From Erythrobacteraceae bacterium (GTDB lineage Bacteria; Pseudomonadota; Alphaproteobacteria; Sphingomonadales; Sphingomonadaceae), in assembly GCA_947479055.1 (NCBI GenBank), contig CANJYE010000007.1, forward strand, positions 19,704 through 83,703: a stretch of DNA of 64,000 bases, given 5' to 3'. Below the pieces are notes generated by a model, which saw only the letters and a list, made by a program, of their open reading frames with translations, searched no databases and was not told where the DNA came from. This document shows positions 10,373-19,890 of this stretch, in pieces. The stretch's first letter is position 1; every line of letters starts with the position of its first letter. The position numbers and the translations under genes were made by a program.

Positions 10373-10827
10373 TTCGTCTCCGCCACTGTCGCCCGGGCCT
10401 GCGCCGCGGTCATGTCCTTCATTTCACGCGGGACATAGTTCTCATCATGCTTGGCCAGCAGATTGTCGGCCATAAAGGTGCCGTCAGCCCGCAGCTTGCC
10501 CTCGGCCACCACGCCGGAGCCTTCGCGAAACAGGTCGGGGACGATGCCGGTGAAGGACACCGGCACATGTGCCTTGCCATCGCCCACCACGAAGCGGACA
10601 GTCACTCCATCGGGCAGGGTTGCCAGCGATCCCTTCTCGACCATCCCGCCAAGCCGCACGGCCTGGTCCGGCTGCGGTGGAGAAGCGACCATCTCGGCCG
10701 GCAGGAAGAAATAGCTCGCCTGGCTGCGCAGCGCCCACATCGCCAGAAGCGCAGCCGCCACCAGCGCCACGAAGGCCACCACCACCAGCACGAGCCGCTG
10801 GTGCTTTGCTTTCAATCCCAGACTCAT
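10369..10827 (-). CDS. ccmE: heme chaperone CcmE
   Basis: Start at MSLGLKAKHQR (10827). Membrane anchor plus the AKHDENYVP heme-binding His motif. ATGA overlaps on both sides. Confidence 0.9.
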   Translation of the reverse strand: MSLGLKAKHQRLVLVVVAFVALVAAALLAMWALRSQASYFFLPAEMVASPPQPDQAVRLGGMVEKGSLATLPDGVTVRFVVGDGKAHVPVSFTGIVPDLFREGSGVVAEGKLRADGTFMADNLLAKHDENYVPREMKDMTAAQARATVAETK

Positions 10828-10979
10828 CTGTCTTGCGCTCCCTGGCGTCGGACATTGTCGCGCCGCGCCTCGGCCCGGCGCATCGCTAGCCAGGTCCAGC
10901 CGGTGAGCAGGAGCGTGGCCGCAATGCCCACCGCATAGGCCGCGATCACGAAGGTCCACTGGTCGTAGCCTGCCCTCAT
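10824..10979 (-). CDS. ccmD: heme exporter protein CcmD
   Basis: 51-aa single-TM peptide (YDQWTFVIAAYAVGIAATLLL) found in the tail of ORF 10824..11657. It sits exactly between ccmC and ccmE with 4-nt overlaps. Confidence 0.7.
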   Translation of the reverse strand: MRAGYDQWTFVIAAYAVGIAATLLLTGWTWLAMRRAEARRDNVRRQGAQDR

Positions 10980-11701
10980 GCCGGTTCGCTCATCGCCTTG
11001 CGCCGCAGCCGCGCCTCGGCCTGGATATCGGCAATGATTGCGCGCATCCGCATCAGCACGATCCCGCCAAACAGCAGCGAGAAGCCGATGGTCGCGGCCA
11101 GCAGGGGCCAGAGGAAAGTCGGATCGATCGCCGATTTGCCCAGAGTGATGCTGGCCGGCTGGTGCAGCGAGTTCCACCACACGACCGAACGGTTGATGAT
11201 CGGCACATTGACCGCGCCAATCAGTCCGAAGATTGCGGCAATCCGGCTGGAAGCGCCTTCGCGCTGCACCGCGCCAGCCAATGCGATGTAGCCGAAATAG
11301 AGGAACAGCAGCACCAGCATGCTGGTCAGCCGCCCGTCCCACACCCACCAGGTGCCCCAGGTCGGCCGCCCCCAGATCGAACCGGTAACCAGGCAAATCG
11401 CGGTGAATACCGCCCCCGGCACCGCCACCGCGCGGGCGGCTATGCCGGCCAGCGGATGGCGCCAGACCAGTTCGGCCAGGCTGGCGATGGCGATGGCGGT
11501 CCACCCGCCCATGCCCAGCCAGGCGGCGGGCACGTGGATGTACATCACCCGCACCGTTTCTCCCATCAGCCGGTCGGGCGGAACCCGGAACAGCGCCCAG
11601 ATCAGCGCGCCGCCGGTAACCGCCAGCCCGCCCAGCAGCAGCGGCAGCGTCAGCCACCGCGCCAGCGACAGGAAACGGGTCGGATTGGCGTAACCATGCA
11701 T
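10976..11701 (-). CDS. ccmC: heme exporter protein CcmC
   Basis: Start at MHGYANPTRF (11701). WGTWWVWDGRLTS tryptophan-rich motif. Confidence 0.9.
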   Translation of the reverse strand: MHGYANPTRFLSLARWLTLPLLLGGLAVTGGALIWALFRVPPDRLMGETVRVMYIHVPAAWLGMGGWTAIAIASLAELVWRHPLAGIAARAVAVPGAVFTAICLVTGSIWGRPTWGTWWVWDGRLTSMLVLLFLYFGYIALAGAVQREGASSRIAAIFGLIGAVNVPIINRSVVWWNSLHQPASITLGKSAIDPTFLWPLLAATIGFSLLFGGIVLMRMRAIIADIQAEARLRRKAMSEPA

Positions 11702-11763
11702 CGGAAGAATCTTTACAGAGGTCGGCGCCGCTTTGGCAGGCGCATTGGCGCGGAGCAAGGATT

Positions 11764-12828
11764 CTATCCGCGCCCGATCAACCGCCGCGCCATCCGGTCG
11801 GCGATCACATCGGGCGATTCGCAAGTGCTCTCGCTCTCCTGCCAGATCGCGCGAAGCCGGTCGGGGATTTCGCCGATCAGCCGGTTCACTTCCTCGAGCG
11901 AGCCATGCTCGCCGCGCTGGCGGGCGACATATTCGACCGTGACATTGATGATGCCCCCGGCGTTGATGACGTAATCAGGCGCATAGAGGATGCCGCGCGC
12001 AGCCAGCATCGCGCCATGGTGCGCCCGCGCCAGCTGGTTGTTGGCCCCGCCCGCGACGACCGCACAGCGCAGGGCGGCAATGCCGCTTTCGTCGAGGATC
12101 GCGCCGAGCGCGTTGGGGCTGAAGACATCGCATGGCACCGCCATGATCGCGTCATGCGCCACCACCTCGCCGCCAAGCTCGTCCGCGAGCGCTGCGGCCC
12201 GGACATGATCGATATCAGCCAGCGTCAGTAGTGCCCCTTCCGCCGCCAACAGCCGGGCAACCCCGCCACCGACGCTGCCGGTGCCCTGAATCGCGACATG
12301 GACGCCAGCCATGCTCTCGCGCCCCAGCCGGTGCGCCACCCCCGCCCTGATGCCGAGGAAGATTCCTTGCGCGGTATAGGGGCCCGGATCGCCCCCGGCG
12401 TGACCTTCCGGCACTGGCAGGCCCGACACATGGCGGGTGCGCTGGCTGATGGCGGTCATGTCGGCTTCGCTGATGCCGACATCCTCGGCGGTGACATAGC
12501 GGCCGCCCAGCGCATCGATCGCATTGCCGAAAGCGGCCAACATCGCCGGGGTCTTGGTCCGGGTTGGATCGGCCAGGATGACGCCCTTGGCCCCGCCGGC
12601 CGGAAGCCCGGCCATCGCGTTCTTGTAGCTCATCCCCCGCGACAGCCGCAGCGCGTCGCGCATGGCGTCGGCGGGATCGGCGTAATGCCAGAACCGCACG
12701 CCGCCGCCGCCGGGGCCGCAATGGGTGGAATGGACAGCGATGATCGCCGTCAGGCCAGACGCGGTATCGCGCACCAGTTCGACCAGTTCGTGGTCGTCAT
12801 AGTCCGGCTCGGTCCAGAAAGCGGCCAT
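11764..12828 (-). CDS. Glu/Leu/Phe/Val dehydrogenase family protein (leucine dehydrogenase-like)
   Basis: 354 aa with the catalytic-Lys motif GGAKGVI and the Rossmann motif GTGSVGGGVARLL. Confidence 0.85.
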   Translation of the reverse strand: MAAFWTEPDYDDHELVELVRDTASGLTAIIAVHSTHCGPGGGGVRFWHYADPADAMRDALRLSRGMSYKNAMAGLPAGGAKGVILADPTRTKTPAMLAAFGNAIDALGGRYVTAEDVGISEADMTAISQRTRHVSGLPVPEGHAGGDPGPYTAQGIFLGIRAGVAHRLGRESMAGVHVAIQGTGSVGGGVARLLAAEGALLTLADIDHVRAAALADELGGEVVAHDAIMAVPCDVFSPNALGAILDESGIAALRCAVVAGGANNQLARAHHGAMLAARGILYAPDYVINAGGIINVTVEYVARQRGEHGSLEEVNRLIGEIPDRLRAIWQESESTCESPDVIADRMARRLIGRG

Positions 12829-12886
12829 GGCATCCTGCTTCCGCCCCGGAACACAGGGGCCCAGAGATCAAGATCGGGGTGAGAAA

Positions 12887-12964
12887 TGGGGCGACCGATG
12901 GGGTTTGAACCCACGACCTCCGGTACCACAAACCGGCGCTCTAACCAACTGAGCTACGATCGCC
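12887..12964 (-). tRNA. tRNA-His (GUG)
   Basis: Hand-folded cloverleaf on the minus strand. Encoded G-1 opposite discriminator C, acceptor GCGATCG/CGGTCGC, anticodon loop TTGTGGT, T-loop TTCAAAC, encoded CCA. Confidence 0.9.
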
Positions 12965-13101
12965 ACAATGAACCGCAAACGCCCTCAAAGCAGGGCATCG
13001 CGGGGGCGAGCCTCTTGCACAGCATGCGCCCATTTCAAAGCAAAAACTGACGGGCCTTCACTCCACCCGGCATTTCATCGGCTTCGGCTTGCCACGCACA
13101 G

Positions 13102-13133
13102 CAAAGGGGCGGCCCCGCAGGACCGCCCCTTTG
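13102..13133 (-). terminator. rho-independent terminator candidate downstream of rpmE
   Basis: Stem AAAGGGGCGG / CCGCCCCTTT, followed on the minus strand by TTTGCTGTG. Confidence 0.5.
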
Positions 13134-13155
13134 TGAGTCGGCAATGCCGGAACCC

Positions 13156-13383
13156 TCAGCCCTTCTTGAGGCTGAGACCACCGAAGCGCTTGTTGAACTT
13201 GGCGACGCGGCCACCATCCTGCAGGCGCTGTGGGCCGCCGGTCCAGGCCGGATGGCTGGTCGGATCGATTTCCAGCGTCATCGTGTCGCCTTCCTTGCCC
13301 CAGGTTGAGCGGGTCTGGAACAGGGTGCCATCGGTCATCTGCACCTTGATCATGTGGTAGTCGGGATGGGTATCGGCCTTCAT
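13156..13383 (-). CDS. rpmE: 50S ribosomal protein L31
   Basis: 75 aa, [14 protein letters not shown]...HPAWTGG...[10 protein letters not shown]. Non-zinc (no CxxC) form. Confidence 0.93.
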   Translation of the reverse strand: MKADTHPDYHMIKVQMTDGTLFQTRSTWGKEGDTMTLEIDPTSHPAWTGGPQRLQDGGRVAKFNKRFGGLSLKKG

Positions 13384-13480
13384 GGCGGTGCGCTCCGTAT
13401 GGTTGGCCGGTACCGACCGGCCTTTCGGATGAAAAGGAAGGCGCGCGCTTAGCGGCAGTTGCGCAAGGATGCAAGCCCGG

Positions 13481-13948
13481 TCACGCCGGTGGTTCGGCCA
13501 CCATCGCGGTGAACATCACTTCGCAGGTGATCTTTTCGCCGATCATCGCCTTGCCGCGGAACTTGCATATCCGCGAGCGCTTCTGAACCATCACCACATG
13601 CAGGTCGAGCAGACAGCCCGGCTCCACCGGATTGCGGAACTTGGCCTCTTCGATCGACATGAAATAAACCAGCTTGCCGCTGCCGGCGAGGTCCAGCGTC
13701 TCGATCGCGAGGATCGCCGCCGCCTGGGCCAGAGCCTCGATCTGGAGTACGCCCGGCATGATCGGGCGACCGGGGAAATGGCCCTGGAAGAACTGCTCGT
13801 TGAAAGTCACCGCCTTCAGCGCGTGAATTTCCTCGCCGATCGTCAGGCTGACGACCCGATCGACCAGCAGCAGCGGATAACGATGAGGCAGGGCCTTGAG
13901 GATTTTCTGGATATCATAGGCGGTCGCCGCCAATCCACTGTCACTCAT
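13481..13948 (-). CDS. fabZ: 3-hydroxyacyl-ACP dehydratase FabZ
   Basis: 155 aa with the [13 protein letters not shown] and [16 protein letters not shown] hot-dog motifs. Confidence 0.93.
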   Translation of the reverse strand: MSDSGLAATAYDIQKILKALPHRYPLLLVDRVVSLTIGEEIHALKAVTFNEQFFQGHFPGRPIMPGVLQIEALAQAAAILAIETLDLAGSGKLVYFMSIEEAKFRNPVEPGCLLDLHVVMVQKRSRICKFRGKAMIGEKITCEVMFTAMVAEPPA

Positions 13949-13982
13949 GCCCTGCCCCCGTCATCCTGTCCGTCCGTCGCGC

Positions 13983-14693
13983 TCAGCGGCCCGAAGTTGC
14001 CGGAGCGGCCGGGGTCGTCGCGGCAGCGCTGGCAGCCTGCTGCGCCTGGGCAGCTTCGGCTTCGCGAACCTGACGCGGCTTCCAGTCGGCCGGCGGGACC
14101 AGCTGGGCGTTGGGGATCAGCTTGTTGAGTTCGGCAATGATACCGCCGGTCAGGTCATAGGTCTTGTCGGTGGCCAGCACGACATCGGGCTTGAGCACCA
14201 GGGTGATCTTGCGGGCGGTCATGGCGTTCTTGACCGCCTGGTCGAGCTTGTCCTCGATCTGCTCGTTCACGAAGGCTTCCGAATACAGCACCGGCTTGAT
14301 CATCTCGCTCAGCTCGCGCTGGGCCGATTCCTGACCCTGCTGGATGGTGGCAGCCTGAGCTTGCAGCGCAGTCTGGTCCGGCTTCGAGGCCTGGCTGTCG
14401 CGATTGTACTTGTCGACCAGCGGCTGGAGCTGGGCCTGGAGGACCTGGCTGCGGGCCTTGTAAGCGTCGATCTGGGCCTTGTAAGTCACCTGGCGCTGCT
14501 GGAAAGCGGCGCGGCTGGCGTCCGAATTGCCGACCACGGCATCGATATCGGCAATCGCCAGACCCGGGACATAGGTACCGGTCGAGGCCGGGGCAGACGC
14601 AGGCGCGGCCGCAGTCGGCGCGGCCATGGCGCCCTGGGGAGCGGCAACAAGCATGATTCCGGCAAGAAGCACCGGCTTGAGAAGGGATTTCAT
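13983..14693 (-). CDS. OmpH/Skp family periplasmic chaperone
   Basis: 236 aa with a signal peptide and a Gln/Ala-rich coiled body. Located immediately downstream of bamA. Confidence 0.8.
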   Translation of the reverse strand: MKSLLKPVLLAGIMLVAAPQGAMAAPTAAAPASAPASTGTYVPGLAIADIDAVVGNSDASRAAFQQRQVTYKAQIDAYKARSQVLQAQLQPLVDKYNRDSQASKPDQTALQAQAATIQQGQESAQRELSEMIKPVLYSEAFVNEQIEDKLDQAVKNAMTARKITLVLKPDVVLATDKTYDLTGGIIAELNKLIPNAQLVPPADWKPRQVREAEAAQAQQAASAAATTPAAPATSGR

Positions 14694-17452
14694 CAGAATT
14701 GGGTTCCTACGTTGAAGGAGAAGGGTTTGGTCTTGTCGCCATGGACCTTCATCAGGACCTTGGCGAAATCGATGCGCAGCGGGCCGAACGGCGAATTCCA
14801 GTTCACGCCAATGCCGATGGCCACGCGCGGCCTGGGCGAATTGCCGACATATTCCTCTTCGAAGGGAGGAATGGTGCTGCCCAAGGCAATATAGTCCTTG
14901 TCTTTCACACCGGTCGGCGTTGTTGTCTGCACGTTATCGACGATGGTCGTCCCATCGCTGCCATAGATATTCTGCAGGAACAGCGGATTGCCGTCCTGGT
15001 CACGCCGGGGCAGGAACAGGTCCGGTTGACCGGCCAGCGGTGGCAGGACGCTGCTGAGGTTTGGCCGCCTGAGACCGAACACCGCGCCGGCATCGAGGAA
15101 GACCGACGGGCGCAGGCCCATTTCGCGCGCGCCGGAACCGATCGGAATCTCCAGCTCGGCCCGGGCCTGATAATAGGTCTTTCCGCCCAGCGCATCGTCG
15201 GTGAACGGATCGGTCGGATCAACCCGCACCACCGTGCCTGCCGTATTGCGCACCGTTTCATAACGCAGCACGCGCGGCCCAACGCCGCGGATGCCGAAAC
15301 CGCGCAACTGGGGTTCGCCCAGGAAGAAGCGATCGGTCAGGCGGACGTCGTCAACGCCAGCGACATTGTTGTGTTCCATCGACTTGATGGTCCCACCCTC
15401 GGCCGAGACCGAAAAGACGAAGCCGCCGCCCATGCTCCAGTATTTGGCGGCATTGGCGCTGATGCGGGCATATTTGACCGTGCCGCCCAGCCCGGCGAAA
15501 TCGACACTGACCGACGCGGATTCGCCCCGGGTCGGGCGGTTGCGGTTGTCAGTGGTGTCCAGCACCAGCGAAGCGCCAAGGCTGGATGTCCATTCCTTGC
15601 CGAGCGCATCGCAGAGATAGCGACCGGCCAGCAGCGGCTCGCAGGTTTCCACGCCATCGCCGTCACGATCCGCGAAGAACTCCCGGCTCAGCGAAACATC
15701 GTCGTAATTGAGCGTGTAGCGGCCGATCACCGACATATATTCAGTCAGCGGCACGCCCAACCGCAGGCTGATGCCGGTAGTCGCACGCTTGTAGGTGGTA
15801 TTGCGATCGCGCCGGAAGTAGTTGAAGCTGTTCATGTCGCGGCGATAGATATCGATACCGGCCGAGATATTGCGGTCGAACAGATAGGGCTCTGTGAAAT
15901 TCAGCGCCACGCTCTTGGTGTAGCGCGAATAATCGACGCTGGCGCCGACCGTCTGGCCACGGCCACGGAAGTTGTGCTGCTGGATCGAAGCTTGGAGAAT
16001 GAAGCTTTCGAGGCTGGAAAAGCCGGCCGAAAGCTGGAGTTCGCCGGTGGGGCGTTCTTCCACATTGGCTTCCAGCACGATTCGGTCCGGCGCGCTGCCC
16101 TGCGCCTGGCTGACTTCGAAATTCTCCTGGAAATAGCCAAGCGACTTGATCCGGTTGGTCGAACGCTTGACCGATGCCGAGTTGAACGCATCGCCTTCGG
16201 CGATGCGGAACTCGCGGCGGATCACCTTATCCTGGGTCAGCGTGTTGCCGTTGATGTTGACCTTCTCGACATAGACCCGCGGTACTTCGCCGATGGTGTA
16301 GACGATCCCCATCGTCAGCGTGTCCTTGTCCCGGTTGAACTGGGGACGGACATCGGCAAAGGCATAGCCCTGCGAACCGGCGGCTTCGGTCAGGCCATCG
16401 ACGGTATCTTCGACCTTTTTGGCGTTGTACCAATCGCCCTTCTTCATTGGCAGCTGGCTGGTCAGCTTTTCGCTGTCGAAGTCGCGCAGCTGGCTTTCCA
16501 CCTTGGAATCGGCGAATTTGTAGCGATCGCCTTCTTCCACCACATAGGTGATGATGAAGTCCTTCTTGTCGGGTGTCAGCTCCGCCACTGCCGAGACGAC
16601 GCGGAAATCGGCATAGCCTTCGGTCAGGTAGTACTGGCGTAGCTTCTGCTGGTCGAAGGCAAGGCGATCGGGATCGTAGCTGGTGTTGGAACTGAAAATC
16701 CGGAAGAAGCGCGACTGCTTGGTCACCATCTGGCCGCGCAGCTTACCATCGCCGAACTTATCGTTGCCGATGATGTTGATCGCGCGGACCTTGGATTTGG
16801 CCCCTTCACGAATTTCGTAGACGATATCGACGCGGTTCTGTTCGAGCTGGACCATCTTCGGCTCGACCGTGGCGGCGAAACGGCCCTTGCGCTTGTATAG
16901 TTCGATCAGCCGGGCAACGTCCGCGCGGACCTTGGAACGGGTAAATATCTGGCGCGCGGCAAGCTTGATCTCGGGCAGGATCTTGTCGTCCTTGATCGCC
17001 TTGTTGCCTTCCAGGATAATCCGGTTGACCACCGGGTTTTCCTGAACTTCGATCACCACGTCGCCGTTGTTGTTGCGCACCTGAACATTCGAGAACAGCT
17101 CGGTCGCGTACAGATCCTTCAGCGCCTGATCGGCGGTCGACTGGCTGTAGGCCTGGCCCGGACGAATCTGGGTGTAGCTTAGGATAGTGTTCGGCTCGAG
17201 CCGCTGGGAGCCGACGACTGTCAGCGTCCTGATTACCTCGGGGGCAGGCGCCGGAGCCGCTGCGGTTGGTGCCGCCGCCGCAGGCGTCGGAGCCGCTGCG
17301 GTTGGTGCCGCCGCCGCAGGCGTCGGCTGGGCTGCATCCTGAGCGAATGCAGCGACAGGCACCCCACCCAGAATCGTTCCGCCAAGCAAGATCGCAGCGA
17401 AACGCGAAGTACCCAAATTGCAGCCCTTAAGGCCCATCTCCCGTCCAATCAT
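14693..17452 (-). CDS. bamA: outer membrane protein assembly factor BamA
   Basis: 919 aa with a signal peptide, Ala/Pro linker, POTRA repeats, a C-terminal beta-barrel and a terminal Phe (NVGTQF). Confidence 0.93.
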   Translation of the reverse strand: MIGREMGLKGCNLGTSRFAAILLGGTILGGVPVAAFAQDAAQPTPAAAAPTAAAPTPAAAAPTAAAPAPAPEVIRTLTVVGSQRLEPNTILSYTQIRPGQAYSQSTADQALKDLYATELFSNVQVRNNNGDVVIEVQENPVVNRIILEGNKAIKDDKILPEIKLAARQIFTRSKVRADVARLIELYKRKGRFAATVEPKMVQLEQNRVDIVYEIREGAKSKVRAINIIGNDKFGDGKLRGQMVTKQSRFFRIFSSNTSYDPDRLAFDQQKLRQYYLTEGYADFRVVSAVAELTPDKKDFIITYVVEEGDRYKFADSKVESQLRDFDSEKLTSQLPMKKGDWYNAKKVEDTVDGLTEAAGSQGYAFADVRPQFNRDKDTLTMGIVYTIGEVPRVYVEKVNINGNTLTQDKVIRREFRIAEGDAFNSASVKRSTNRIKSLGYFQENFEVSQAQGSAPDRIVLEANVEERPTGELQLSAGFSSLESFILQASIQQHNFRGRGQTVGASVDYSRYTKSVALNFTEPYLFDRNISAGIDIYRRDMNSFNYFRRDRNTTYKRATTGISLRLGVPLTEYMSVIGRYTLNYDDVSLSREFFADRDGDGVETCEPLLAGRYLCDALGKEWTSSLGASLVLDTTDNRNRPTRGESASVSVDFAGLGGTVKYARISANAAKYWSMGGGFVFSVSAEGGTIKSMEHNNVAGVDDVRLTDRFFLGEPQLRGFGIRGVGPRVLRYETVRNTAGTVVRVDPTDPFTDDALGGKTYYQARAELEIPIGSGAREMGLRPSVFLDAGAVFGLRRPNLSSVLPPLAGQPDLFLPRRDQDGNPLFLQNIYGSDGTTIVDNVQTTTPTGVKDKDYIALGSTIPPFEEEYVGNSPRPRVAIGIGVNWNSPFGPLRIDFAKVLMKVHGDKTKPFSFNVGTQF
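17245..17326. repeat. 36-bp tandem repeat (2.3 copies) inside bamA
   Basis: CAGGCG[C/T]CGGAGCCGCTGCGGTTGGTGCCGCCGCCG occurs twice, followed by a partial third copy. It encodes the repeated AAAPTAAAPTPA linker. Confidence 0.8.
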
Positions 17453-17601
17453 TGATACGGTACATCCATTATTTCACGGCCACCGCGCGGAATCCTCCGC
17501 GATGACCGGTTTTGCAGCGCTTGCTGCCCTCTGCCCGATGCAGCCACGCCAATCAAGCCGAAGTCCGTTGCGTTGCGGCGCAACACCATCCTTTTCCCCG
17601 T

Positions 17602-18717
17602 CTAACTCCCGAAAGACAGGAGCGACGCGACGTCATTGATCGTGACGAACAGCATCAGCGCGAGCACGAAGGCTATGCCGGTGCGGTAAGCCCATTCCTG
17701 ACTGCGCGGCCCCAGCGGCTTGCGACGGACCGCTTCGGCCGCGTAGAAAGCCAGGTGCCCGCCGTCCAGCGCAGGGATTGGCAGGAGGTTGATGAACGCA
17801 AGGTTTATCGAAATCATCGCCACGAACTGGACGAACATCAGCGGCCCGAGAGACAGCTGCTCGCCCGAGTATTTCGCGATTTTGATCGGCCCGCCCATTT
17901 CCCTGACCGAGCGCTCTCCGGTCAGAATCTGGCCGATGCCGGTCACCATCATCCGGACAATGCCGATACAGTAGCCGAACGAGAGCTCCACCGCCTCGCC
18001 CGGCCCGACCTTCTGCCATTCCAGCCCTTCGGATATAATCCCGATCCGGCCCAGCCTGGTGCTGTTGCCGAACTGGTCCTTTACGAGCGTGCTGGCAATC
18101 GGAACGGTAAACGTCTGCGCCGCTTCGCCGCGCCTGACAGTCAGCTTCGCTACCCCGCCCGGATAAAGTTCGATCCGCTGGGCCAGGTCTATGAAGGAGG
18201 ATATCTCCTCGCCATCCACGGCAGCGATCCGGTCGCCGATCTGCAATCCCGCCGCGCGGGCGGTCGATTGCTCGGCAAAGCCGGCCACAACCGGCGGCGT
18301 GATCTGCTTGCCAATGGCCAGGAAAAAGGCGGCGAAGATGGCGACAGCTACGAGCAGATTGGTGACCGGGCCCGCAGCCACGATCAGGGACCGCTGCCAC
18401 AACGCCTTGGCCTGAAAGGTCATCGCACGTTCGTCTGGCGGAAGTGAGAGCCATTCCTCGCTCGGCTGGCTGGCTGGATTCATGTCTCCGGCAAACTGGA
18501 CATAGCCGCCGAGCGGCAGCGACGAGAGCTTCCAGCGGGTACCGCGCCGGTCGGTCCAGCCAGCGATCTCCTTGCCGAAACCGACCGAGAAGACATCGAC
18601 CTTCACACCGCACAACCGACCGACCGCATAATGGCCCAGCTCGTGCAACACCACCAGCGGCCCCAGCACCAGCAGGAAGCCGACGATCATCACAAGGAAA
18701 GACGGCGATTCCGTCAC
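17602..18717 (-). CDS. rseP: RIP site-2 zinc metalloprotease RseP
   Basis: 371 aa with the HELGHY zinc motif at the N-terminus, a PDZ region and NLLPIPALDGGH. Confidence 0.9.
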   Translation of the reverse strand: MTESPSFLVMIVGFLLVLGPLVVLHELGHYAVGRLCGVKVDVFSVGFGKEIAGWTDRRGTRWKLSSLPLGGYVQFAGDMNPASQPSEEWLSLPPDERAMTFQAKALWQRSLIVAAGPVTNLLVAVAIFAAFFLAIGKQITPPVVAGFAEQSTARAAGLQIGDRIAAVDGEEISSFIDLAQRIELYPGGVAKLTVRRGEAAQTFTVPIASTLVKDQFGNSTRLGRIGIISEGLEWQKVGPGEAVELSFGYCIGIVRMMVTGIGQILTGERSVREMGGPIKIAKYSGEQLSLGPLMFVQFVAMISINLAFINLLPIPALDGGHLAFYAAEAVRRKPLGPRSQEWAYRTGIAFVLALMLFVTINDVASLLSFGS

Positions 18718-18732
18718 GTCAGGTCCGTCACG

Positions 18733-19890
18733 TCAGGCCAACTCCAACAGTTCTCTCGCCCGGATCCGGGCTTCCGCATCGACCGCCAGCACATCCTCGA
18801 GCGAGGCAGGGGCTGGTGGCAGTCCGCGCGCAAGTACATTTTCGACATCTGCGGCAATCCGGGTGAACCCAATATGACCGGCCAGGAAGGCCGCCACCGC
18901 TACCTCGTTGGCGGCATTGAGCACTGCCGGCGCTGCCCCGCCCGCTTCGGCAGCTGCGCGCGCGATCCGGGTGGCGGGGAAGCGCAGCTCATCGGGCGCG
19001 TGGAAGGTCAGCTGGCCAAGCGCGGCCAGGTTCAGCGGCGCGCAGGGCGTATCCATCCGGCGCGGCCAGGCCAGTGTCGAGGCGATCGGCACGCGCATGT
19101 CCGAGGGGCCAAGCTGAGCCAGCGTCGAGCCATCGCGATATTCGACCATCGAATGGATGATCGACTGCGGATGGATGATGATCCGCAAGGCGTCGAGCCC
19201 GACCGGGAACAGATGAAAGGCCTCGATCAGCTCGAGCCCCTTGTTCATCATCGTGGCCGAATCGACGCTGATTTTGGCGCCCATCGACCAGTTGGGATGC
19301 TTCACTGCCTGCGCCGGGGTGGCGGCGGCCAGCTGCGCGGCGCTCCATTCGCGGAACGGGCCGCCGCTGGCCGTCAGCGTGATCGCTAGTACGTCGGCCG
19401 GGTCGTTGCCCGCCAGACACTGGAAGATGGCGTTGTGCTCCGAATCGACCGGGAGCAATGTCGCGCCCGAGCGGGCAACGGCAGCAGTCATCACGTCACC
19501 GGCCGAAACCAGCGCTTCCTTGTTGGCAAGGCCGACCAGCGCACCCTGTTCGATCGCCGCCATGGTCGGGGCAAGGCCAGCGCAGCCGACAATCGCGGCG
19601 ATGGTGAGATCGGCCGGGCGGGAAGCCGCCTCGACCAGCGCACCCGGACCGGCAGCAGCTTCGATCCCGCTCCCGGCCAGCGCCTCGCGCAGCGCGGGAA
19701 GCGCGCCTTCGTCGGCGACTACTGCGATCTCCGCTCCGAACTCACGCGCCAAGGCGGCCAGTTCGGTCGCATTGCCATTGGCCGTAAGCGCCACGACGCG
19801 CCACTTGTGGCGCTGCCGCCGGACAAGGTCGAGCGTGGAGGCACCGATCGATCCGGTTGCACCGAGGATGGTAAGGGTGCGTGCCGTCAC
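18733..19890 (-). CDS. dxr: 1-deoxy-D-xylulose 5-phosphate reductoisomerase
   Basis: 385 aa, LTILGATGSIGAST...NKEALV...HPNWSMG. GTGA overlap with cdsA. Confidence 0.93.
   Translation of the reverse strand: MTARTLTILGATGSIGASTLDLVRRQRHKWRVVALTANGNATELAALAREFGAEIAVVADEGALPALREALAGSGIEAAAGPGALVEAASRPADLTIAAIVGCAGLAPTMAAIEQGALVGLANKEALVSAGDVMTAAVARSGATLLPVDSEHNAIFQCLAGNDPADVLAITLTASGGPFREWSAAQLAAATPAQAVKHPNWSMGAKISVDSATMMNKGLELIEAFHLFPVGLDALRIIIHPQSIIHSMVEYRDGSTLAQLGPSDMRVPIASTLAWPRRMDTPCAPLNLAALGQLTFHAPDELRFPATRIARAAAEAGGAAPAVLNAANEVAVAAFLAGHIGFTRIAADVENVLARGLPPAPASLEDVLAVDAEARIRARELLELA

Noticed and set aside
8303-10438. 711-aa plus-strand ORF
   Set aside because: It lies entirely antisense to ccmF/ccmG. 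The translation is Arg/Pro/Gly/His/Gln-rich low-complexity sequence typical of out-of-frame reading in high-GC DNA, whereas the minus strand encodes textbook CcmF motifs.
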